A stretch of 64,000 nucleotides of DNA, taken from NCBI GenBank assembly GCA_035513035.1, contig DATKCW010000011.1:28893-92892 (forward strand), read 5' to 3'. The translations under genes and the position numbers were made by a program. The stretch is from Aridibacter sp. GTDB lineage: Bacteria > Acidobacteriota > Blastocatellia > Pyrinomonadales > Pyrinomonadaceae. Positions 56,872 through 64,000 of this stretch are shown in pieces. The stretch's first letter is position 1. Every line of letters starts with the position of its first letter. The notes below the pieces were generated by a model. The model worked only from the letters and a program-made list of their open reading frames with translations. It had not been told where the DNA came from and searched no databases.

Positions 56872-58020
56872 TCACGCCCGGTTAAGCCTGAACCTCGAAA
56901 CGTCCGCGAACGGCTGCTCCCCCGTCACCATCTGCTTCGAGAGCAGGCCAACGCCCGCGGAGTGCTTGAATCCGTGGCCGGAGCACGGCGAGACGACAAG
57001 TACGTTGTCGCTTTCAGGTAGAAAGTCGATCACGAAGCCGAAATCGGTGGTCACGGTGTAAAGGCAGGTTTTCGATCTCGCGCCTTCGCGTCCTATCCGA
57101 AAGCTCTTTGACACCAGCTCGTACGCGTCGTCGTACTCTTCATCGGCCACTTCCTTTTCAACCGAGTCCGGGTCCGATTCGGAATCGAACTGCTCAACGC
57201 CTATCTTTATCGTTCGCGAACCGCCTATCGAGGGAAAACCATAGTACGACGAATGCTCGTCGTCGCCCGCCTTTATGTAAGCGGGAAAATGTTCTTCGGA
57301 ATAGTCTGCTTCGGTTTCGAACCAGAACATCGTCTGCCGGTAAATACGGAACGCCTCGTAACCGGGTCTCGGACCGAGAAGTTTACTGATCCAGGCGCCC
57401 GCCGAAAGCACGAGCTTTCCGCATTCGTAATTGTCACGGTCCGTCGTCACTTTCACAGAACCTGGCGCGGATTCGATCGCGATCACGGTCTCGCCCTTTG
57501 AAACCGAGGCGCCGTACGACGCCGCCTGCGAGAGGTTCGCCTCTATACAGAGCTCGGGGCGCAGATAACCGGCACCGGGCTCGAAGTATGCGCGGGCGCC
57601 CGGGCCGAACGCCACGAAGGGGAATCTAGAAGCGAGTTCGCTTTCGGCGAGCACCTCGTGTTCGATCCTGTATTTTGCGGCGATCCGGATCGTTTCGTTG
57701 AGGATGTCCTTGCCGTGCATCATTGAGTCTTCGTCTTCTGAAGAGAAGATCAGGAGGCCTGTCTGCTTCAGCAGTTCGGTTCCGGTCGACTCCTCGAACT
57801 CGCGCCATATCTCGTTCGATCGGAGCACGATCGGGACATACTCCTCTCCCTCGCCGATCGCGGCTCGGGTAATGCGCGACTCTCCGTGCGACGAGCCTCG
57901 ATCGTGCGGGGGATCGAACCTGTCGATGCCGAGCGCATTCACACCGGACTTCGAAAGCTGGAAAAGCGCCGCGCTTCCCATCGCTCCGAGCCCGACTACG
58001 ATCACGTCGTAGGTTTTCAT
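56872..58020 (-). CDS. FAD-dependent N-methyl-L-amino-acid (sarcosine/N-methyltryptophan) oxidase
   Basis: DVIVVGLGAMGSA dinucleotide fold. C-terminal SPCSGHGFKH (covalent-FAD Cys context of the MSOX/SolA family). Confidence 0.85.
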   Translation of the reverse strand: MKTYDVIVVGLGAMGSAALFQLSKSGVNALGIDRFDPPHDRGSSHGESRITRAAIGEGEEYVPIVLRSNEIWREFEESTGTELLKQTGLLIFSSEDEDSMMHGKDILNETIRIAAKYRIEHEVLAESELASRFPFVAFGPGARAYFEPGAGYLRPELCIEANLSQAASYGASVSKGETVIAIESAPGSVKVTTDRDNYECGKLVLSAGAWISKLLGPRPGYEAFRIYRQTMFWFETEADYSEEHFPAYIKAGDDEHSSYYGFPSIGGSRTIKIGVEQFDSESDPDSVEKEVADEEYDDAYELVSKSFRIGREGARSKTCLYTVTTDFGFVIDFLPESDNVLVVSPCSGHGFKHSAGVGLLSKQMVTGEQPFADVSRFRLNRA

Positions 58021-58233
58021 AGTTAATCAAGATTACCTTATTCGAGTCTCTTGGAGGCCTTCGGACCGCGCACCCCGCCCGCATAGTGAGTACTGAGACG
58101 AAAGTACTGAGTACTGAGCCGGATCGCAAACTACTCGAACCGCAATGTACGATAAGCTTCAGCTTGTCGCCCGCCGCCAGGCGGGAACGGAAGTCGGACA
58201 CCTGGACCGCGGGCGGCCCGCCTGTATTTTCTT

Positions 58234-58257
58234 GTAGGGGCGGGACCGGTGCCCGCC
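58234..58257 (+). repeat. GTAG-REP hairpin
   Basis: GTAGGGGCGGGACCGGTGCCCGCC. Confidence 0.7.
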
Positions 58258-58334
58258 CTTCCGTTTGACCTTCTTGACGTCCGCTGCCGCTATGCGGCTG
58301 ATCGGACTGCGGCCACAACCTTGTCACATCCCTG

Positions 58335-58693
58335 TTAGATTAGTCCGCCCATATCCTTTCCGCGCCGGTACCGGAAATGGCCGTCCGCCGACTTTCCAGC
58401 CTTCCCCCCGGACTCGGAATCCATCGCGATGACCCGATATCGCTTCAAGAACGCTTCAATCTAATGTTTGGAAAAGTCGGTCCGCAAAAATACACCCGGG
58501 GCAAGAAGACAGGCGCCTTTATCTTTCTCTCTTCCTGGTAGCGGATCGCAACTCGGTCGCTTGTCGTGAGGCGATACATTTCCAGAGGGCCACCCGCGGA
58601 AGCAACAGCATTCGTGATTATGAGGGATGCGATGGCAAAAAGTAGGCGAAGTGAGATCTTCTTCACCTTTACTAATGTTAGTCGCTTCTGCAC
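58335..58693 (-). pseudogene. decayed tandem paralog of the adjacent alpha/beta hydrolase
   Basis: N part in one frame (ORF 58445..58693). After a frameshift and an in-frame TAG, a second frame reads KRYRVIAMDSESGGKAGKSADGHFRYRRGKDMGGL, against KDYRVIAMDPRSQGRSEKVTEGHFNARRGKDIGEL in 58694..59593. Then truncated by repeats. Confidence 0.6.
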
Positions 58694-59593
58694 CTAGCCC
58701 TTGGGAAGGTCTGCAATGAAACGGCGCAGGATTTCATTGAATTCATCGGGCTTCTCCATAAACAAAGCGTGCCGGGTATCGGGAATCGTCTCTATGCGAA
58801 GATCGGGCCACCTCGCTCTTGATTCCTTCGTAATCGCGATAGCCATATCAGAAGTGGACATTATCATCATTAGCGGGACGGCTATCTTGTTGAGCACAGG
58901 CCGGTAATCGCGATCATCGATCAAGAGCGAGTTTGCGTACAGCGTGACAGCGCTGTTAGTGGGGATCATCATCACCCGATTAGCAAGATCATCAACGAGA
59001 CTCTCAGGCGGCGGCGTTTGGAAGAAGCTCTTGATCCAACTTCTGGTCCAACTTTTTCGGTCCACCTGTAGCCCTTCAACAAATAAAGCCACCCCGGAGG
59101 TAACCGGATGAGGCTCAGGTTTCTTTGAGTCAAATCCAATCCACATGTCGACGAGTACAACACCGCGGAACCTGTCGGAGCCGTGCTCCTTTATGTATTT
59201 GAGCGTTTCCCAGACCGCTAACGACCAGGAAACGACCACCACTGGCTCTTTGCTTACGTGTGCAGCAAGTTCGCCGATGTCCTTACCGCGCCGGGCATTG
59301 AAATGCCCCTCTGTAACTTTTTCAGAGCGTCCCTGGGACCGGGGATCCATTGCAATCACTCGGTAGTCCTTCGAAAAGTAATCGATCTGATTCGCCCAGA
59401 CCTCGGCAGGTACAAGGATGCCCGGAACGAAGAGGATCACCGGACCGGTGCCAGCCTCAAGATAGTGGATCGTTGCGCCGTCACTTGTTTCGAAGAATCT
59501 GCTCACTGGCTCCGAGTCGGCAGACGCCTGTGCTCCAAAGAGCAACGAAAGGATTACTACCGTCAAAACGCGTGCGCTGGCGCTGAATCTCAT
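58694..59593 (-). CDS. secreted alpha/beta hydrolase
   Basis: Trimmed to MRFSASARVLTVVILSLLFGAQASA. HYLEAGTGPVILFVPG and a SWSLA nucleophile-elbow-like motif. Confidence 0.8.
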   Translation of the reverse strand: MRFSASARVLTVVILSLLFGAQASADSEPVSRFFETSDGATIHYLEAGTGPVILFVPGILVPAEVWANQIDYFSKDYRVIAMDPRSQGRSEKVTEGHFNARRGKDIGELAAHVSKEPVVVVSWSLAVWETLKYIKEHGSDRFRGVVLVDMWIGFDSKKPEPHPVTSGVALFVEGLQVDRKSWTRSWIKSFFQTPPPESLVDDLANRVMMIPTNSAVTLYANSLLIDDRDYRPVLNKIAVPLMMIMSTSDMAIAITKESRARWPDLRIETIPDTRHALFMEKPDEFNEILRRFIADLPKG

Positions 59594-59797
59594 AGGACTT
59601 TGTTCCTCAATTCCAAGTTTATGCCGTTCAGTTTGTTTCGCACGGTGCTCGCTTGTCAATGCTCGTCAACGCTACCGGAGTGCAAAAGAAGGTGAGCGAG
59701 GAAGATAAACCTGGGTGTTCAGAGTTCGGGAGTCAGTTAGCTGCTTCAAAGAATCAGACGCGGCAGAAGCTTGTACTCTTAACGCGTTTCACACATC

Positions 59798-59937
<140 letters not shown>

Positions 59938-59956
59938 GTGTTATAAATTATCGATT

Positions 59957-61804
59957 ATGAAACCCCTAAGGACTATCGTGCTCATCGCCGCGATTCTGAT
60001 TGCGGCGGTTCCGGCTCAATCTCAGCAGGCGGCCTCGAAGGCCGCGCCCGTCTTCGTCGACGGCGAGGCGCAGGTCGTCGAATCATTCTCCGACCCGAAG
60101 GACTGGATCATTCACGATCTGTGGGTGGAGACGGAATTCGATTCGGACGGGGACGGCAGGCTCGACCGAATGCACGTCAGCGTAACGCGTCCGAAACAGA
60201 CCGAAACGGATGGTCTGAAGCTACCAGTGGTCTATGAAAGCAGCCCTTATTACTCAGGTACGGCCGGATTCGTTCCGGGCCTGTTCTGGAACATACGGCA
60301 CAATCTTGGCGAGCCGGCACCTGAGCCAAGGGTGCATCCCGAGATCCTTAGGCGCGGCGAGCGTCCGGTGATCTCGAGGTCGCAGACCAGCGACTGGATC
60401 CCGCGCGGCTACATCGTCGTTCATTCGTCCTCGCCCGGCACCGGACTATCCGACGGGGCTCCGACGGTCGGCGGAGACAACGAATCGCTCGCCCCGAAGG
60501 CTGTCATCGAATGGCTTGCCGGCAAGGATAACGGTTATGCGACGCGAACCGGGTCCGAGAAGGTAATGGCCGCCTGGTCGACCGGAAAGATAGGAATGAC
60601 CGGAACTTCGTACAACGGCACGCTTCCCGTCGCGGCGGCCACGACGGGAGTGAAGGGTCTCGAGGCGATCATCCCGATAGCTCCGAACACTTCGTATTAC
60701 CACTATTACCGTTCGTACGGGCTTGTGCGAAATCCCGGCGGCTATCCGGGCGAGGATGTGGACGTTCTCTACGATTTCATACACAGCGGTGAAGAATCGA
60801 AGCGCGCCCGCAACAACGAGGTCGTGCGTGACAAGGAACTGGTCGCGAAAATGGACCGCATCACGGGGGACTACAACGAGTTCTGGGCAGGGCGTGATTA
60901 CCTGAACGATATGAAGCCTATGAAGGCGGCATTGCTTATGTCGCACGGCTTCAACGATTGGAACGTGATGCCCGAGCACAGCTACCGGATCTACAAGAAG
61001 GCGAAGGAGATGGGCCTGTCCGTGCAGATCTTCTATCACCAGGGCGGCCACGGCGGTCCACCGCCGATGACGTTGATGAACCGCTGGTTCACGCGTTATC
61101 TTCACGGAGTTCAGAACGGAGTAGAGAACGATCCGAAGGCGTGGATCGTTCGCGAGGACAAGGAGCCTTCGGAGCCGACCGCGTACCCCGATTACCCGCA
61201 TCCGGAGGCTTCGGACGTAGAGCTTCATCTTTCGAAGGGTTCTCCTTCCAGAGGCGGCCTGACGACGGGAACTGTTTCGCAACAGGGGACAGAAACGCTT
61301 GTGGACAATTTCTCGTTCGACGGCGAAGCGCTGGCGAAGGCAGAGTTTACGAACCACAGGCTGATCTATACCACTCCCGTGCTCAGGGAGCCGGTTCATA
61401 TCTCCGGAGTCGCGAAAATCAGGATCAGACTCGCTAGCAACAGGCCCGCGGCCAATCTCTCGGTCTGGCTGGTATCGCTCCCGTGGAACGAAGGCAGGCG
61501 CGCGAAGATCACCGACAACATCATCACGCGCGGTTGGGCTGACCCGCAGAACTACCGCTCACTTACGGAGAGCGAGCCGCTGGTGCCCGGACGTTTCTAC
61601 GAGATGACGTTCGAGCTTCAGCCCGACGACCAGGTGATCGCGGCCGGACAGCAGATCGGGCTGATGATCTTCTCGAGCGACAAGGACTTCACGCTTCATC
61701 CCGATCCCGGGACAGAGCTGACGGTCGATCTCGATGGGACGACGCTGACGCTTCCGGTGGTCGGAGGAACCACCGTGTTTGCGAGGGCCGCCTTGGGAAA
61801 TTGA
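59957..61804 (+). CDS. Xaa-Pro dipeptidyl-peptidase / CocE-NonD family hydrolase (S15)
   Basis: Signal peptide, GMTGTSYNGTL nucleophile motif, HGFNDWNV, 615 aa. Confidence 0.85.
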   Translation: MKPLRTIVLIAAILIAAVPAQSQQAASKAAPVFVDGEAQVVESFSDPKDWIIHDLWVETEFDSDGDGRLDRMHVSVTRPKQTETDGLKLPVVYESSPYYSGTAGFVPGLFWNIRHNLGEPAPEPRVHPEILRRGERPVISRSQTSDWIPRGYIVVHSSSPGTGLSDGAPTVGGDNESLAPKAVIEWLAGKDNGYATRTGSEKVMAAWSTGKIGMTGTSYNGTLPVAAATTGVKGLEAIIPIAPNTSYYHYYRSYGLVRNPGGYPGEDVDVLYDFIHSGEESKRARNNEVVRDKELVAKMDRITGDYNEFWAGRDYLNDMKPMKAALLMSHGFNDWNVMPEHSYRIYKKAKEMGLSVQIFYHQGGHGGPPPMTLMNRWFTRYLHGVQNGVENDPKAWIVREDKEPSEPTAYPDYPHPEASDVELHLSKGSPSRGGLTTGTVSQQGTETLVDNFSFDGEALAKAEFTNHRLIYTTPVLREPVHISGVAKIRIRLASNRPAANLSVWLVSLPWNEGRRAKITDNIITRGWADPQNYRSLTESEPLVPGRFYEMTFELQPDDQVIAAGQQIGLMIFSSDKDFTLHPDPGTELTVDLDGTTLTLPVVGGTTVFARAALGN

Positions 61805-61871
61805 AACGCAGAAGACGCGGAAGGTGCAGAGATCCGAGGATGGATGCGAGACGAACCGAGGCCTTGAATTG

Positions 61872-62270
61872 ATGAAACGGACGATTCTCATCTTCGGATT
61901 GCTTGCCGGCACAGTGCTGATCCTGTTTGAGCTCAGCAGGCTCTCGCTGTGGCGGCGAGAAAGCACGTCCGAGGTCTTTATCATTATCTCCGGTCTTTCG
62001 TTCATCGCGGTCGGCTTCCTTTTGAGCAGATTCCTCGCTCGCGAGGAAAAGCGGACGAAATCCGGGAATCTGAACGATTCTGACCTTACGAAGCAGGAGC
62101 ACAGGGTCCTGACACTGGTTGCCGAGGGGATGTCGAATTCGGAAATTGCCGAAGAACTGTTCATCACCGAGAGCACGGTCAAAACACACGTGTCCAACGT
62201 ACTCTTAAAACTCAACGCAAGGCGTAGGACCGAGGCCGTGAAGATCGGGCGCGACCTGGAGATAATCTAG
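61872..62270 (+). CDS. membrane-anchored LuxR/GerE-type HTH regulator
   Basis: Trimmed to MKRTILIFGLLAG. Two TM helices, then LTKQEHRVLTLVAEGMSNSEIAEELFITESTVKTHVSNVLLKL. Confidence 0.75.
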   Translation: MKRTILIFGLLAGTVLILFELSRLSLWRRESTSEVFIIISGLSFIAVGFLLSRFLAREEKRTKSGNLNDSDLTKQEHRVLTLVAEGMSNSEIAEELFITESTVKTHVSNVLLKLNARRRTEAVKIGRDLEII

Positions 62271-62275
62271 ATCTT

Positions 62276-62530
62276 CTTTGCGTTTCTTGGCGACTTGGCG
62301 GGAGGGCATCTGGTTTCTCGAAGCACTAGTCGATAAAGACTTAAGACTTCTCGCAAAGGCGCAAAGGCGCAAAGCCGCTAAGTTCCGCAAAGAAATTAGC
62401 GTCAGTAGAACTTTATGTTCTTCCTTTGCGTTCCCTTGCGACTTGGCGACTTTGCGGGAAGGCATCTGGTTTCTTGAAGCACCAATTGATTAGGACTTAA
62501 GACTTATCGCAAAGACGCCAAGACGCAAAG
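62276..62530 (+). repeat. tandem pair of ~100 bp hairpin-type elements (CTTTGCG ... CGCAAAG arms)
   Basis: Units 62276-62375 and 62422-62530 share GGCATCTGGTTTCTYGAAGCAC and GACTTAAGACTT cores. Confidence 0.75.
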
Positions 62531-62727
62531 GACAACAAAGGGTTCCAAGTAACTCGACAAGTCGCTCCCTAAAATTCTCTGCGCTCTCTGCGTGCTCTGC
62601 GGTTCAATCCTCTCCTGTTCTCCGCGGTTACATCCTCATTCTTTAGTACCAATTCCCCCCGCATCCCCCAATATCCTACTTTTGGCCGATGTGGTTTTGC
62701 TGCCGTTAGACTAGACTCGGCGGCATT

Positions 62728-63237
62728 ATGAACAACTACATACTCAGATACGGGATAGGCGGCGCGATCGTATCGATCGCGCTCGGGCTGTTCAACTGGT
62801 TCACGGTCGCTCAATGGCACGGAGTGACGGCATCGCAGACAGTCGGCTGGCTTTCGATCATCCTTTCGCTGATGTGCATTCCGCTAGGCATAAGGTACTT
62901 CCGCGACAAGCTGAACAAAGGGCGTGTCTCGTTCGGCGAGGGCTTCAGGACCGGACTCGGCATCACTTTCGTCGTTTCGGTCCTGATGTACTTCTACAGC
63001 GCGCTCTTCTTCATCTTCCAGGGCGACGAGTTCATCGAGTGGACGAAGCGCGGCCTTTCGCCTTCGGAGATCGCCGCGTACGAACAGCAGATCGCACAGT
63101 CGCCGGCGTGGGTTTACACGCCCTGGTTCCAGGCGTTCCTCCTGTTCGTTTCAATACTCTTGATCGGGGTGGTCATCACGGCGATCAGTTCGCTGATATT
63201 GAAGCGGGCAGGGGAGCCGCCGGGAGATCGGCATTGA
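62728..63237 (+). CDS. DUF4199-like membrane protein
   Basis: 169 aa, 4 TM, N terminus MNNYILRYGIGGAIVSI typical of DUF4199. Confidence 0.6.
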   Translation: MNNYILRYGIGGAIVSIALGLFNWFTVAQWHGVTASQTVGWLSIILSLMCIPLGIRYFRDKLNKGRVSFGEGFRTGLGITFVVSVLMYFYSALFFIFQGDEFIEWTKRGLSPSEIAAYEQQIAQSPAWVYTPWFQAFLLFVSILLIGVVITAISSLILKRAGEPPGDRH

Positions 63238-63583
63238 CCTGGTGCCCTGAATCAGGGATCAGGGATCAGGTATCAGGTATCATGTGTCGGTAGTCTGACC
63301 GTCAGGGAGGGCGAGACTCAGGCGTCGGGGGTCTGCGACCAATGATCATGTATCAGGGATCAAAAGTCTCCCTTTTGCGCTCCTTTGCGAAGTCCTTTGA
63401 GTCCTTTGCGGTTAAGTATCTGCTTCTGTCCGGATTGTCCGTTGAAGATCTAAACACAAAGGACACAAAGCGCCGCAAAGCGAAGTCCGGTACGCCGCGA
63501 GATGTTTGTGAGAAGGACTCATTTACGCCCTCCCTCACGGTCGGGCTACCGACACCGCTCACAATTCACCGCTCACCGGACGT

Positions 63584-63602
63584 GGACAAGCCCCGCCCCT
63601 AC
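63584..63602 (-). repeat. half REP (variant type)
   Basis: GGACAAGCCCCGCCCCTAC; only the 3-prime arm plus GTAG (reverse complement) is present. Confidence 0.5.
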
Positions 63603-63612
63603 AATTGATCGC

Positions 63613-64000
63613 TCACAGCTCGCGCTTCACACACTCGATCTTCCACGTTTCGAACACGAACGAGCCGTCCTTGCTAACCCAGCTGCCGAGCCACTTGAAT
63701 CCCGTTTCGGAGATATCGTAGAAGCGGATCTTGTAGAATCCGTCCGCTCCGTTCGGCGCTTTCTGTTCCGTCGAGAGGTTGATCTCATTCCCTTTTCGTC
63801 CGCCTTTCCACGCCGGAAGTGTAGCCGGCGGGGTTCCTCTGGTGCTGTAGTAGTGGACGTACCACGCGCCTTCGTCCGGATTGAACTGCCTGATCGATCC
63901 CGCGTAGAATCCGTCGGCGCGCCTCGTCTCGTCGCGGACCGCGGTCCCTCCCAGCTCATATCGGAACGTCCAGACCATATCGACCCGCTCGCCCCACTTG
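63613..64000 (-). CDS. hypothetical protein (5-prime end probably outside window)
   Basis: ORF 63613..63978. The frame remains open to base 64000 (KWGERVD upstream of the listed Met). Confidence 0.5.
   Translation of the reverse strand, partial: KWGERVDMVWTFRYELGGTAVRDETRRADGFYAGSIRQFNPDEGAWYVHYYSTRGTPPATLPAWKGGRKGNEINLSTEQKAPNGADGFYKIRFYDISETGFKWLGSWVSKDGSFVFETWKIECVKREL

Overview
64 kb chromosomal segment from a high-GC bacterium. The gene content (many secreted peptidases and amidohydrolases, an ECF sigma operon, DUF-type lipoproteins) fits an Acidobacteriota-like soil organism, but taxonomy cannot be established from this window. I support about 55 protein genes, one tRNA-Asn(GTT), 2-3 gene remnants, no rRNA and no CRISPR/cas.

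Recognisable genes include rmuC, tdh-kbl, ggt, rpiA, crcB, purK, a solA-like oxidase, an RRM RNA-binding protein plus DEAD-box helicase, a B12-binding radical SAM enzyme, M14/S15/M50 peptidases, a GH51 arabinofuranosidase, an AtoE-type transporter, an ECF sigma/anti-sigma operon and two type II TA pairs (Xre-RES, HigBA).

The most unusual property is non-coding. Almost every intergenic gap is filled with mosaics built from a limited vocabulary of hairpin words and micro/minisatellites. By my own coordinate tally this is roughly 10 kb, about one sixth of the window. The vocabulary includes:
- GTAG-type REPs associated with a resident RAYT (REP-associated tyrosine transposase) gene
- a ~95 nt three-hairpin element in 11 copies, with compensatory stem changes
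- heptamer and nonamer arrays
- several longer composite repeats

These repeats inflate the ORF track with spurious ORFs and false N-terminal extensions.

Other notable items:
- a 2.6 kb AT-richer islet carrying the TA pairs downstream of tRNA-Asn, bounded by three copies of the tRNA terminator region
- an uncharacterised two-gene phosphatase cassette
- a frameshifted VWA-TonB_C-TPR gene flanked by 111 bp direct repeats

All coordinates, identities and counts were derived by eye, without tools.
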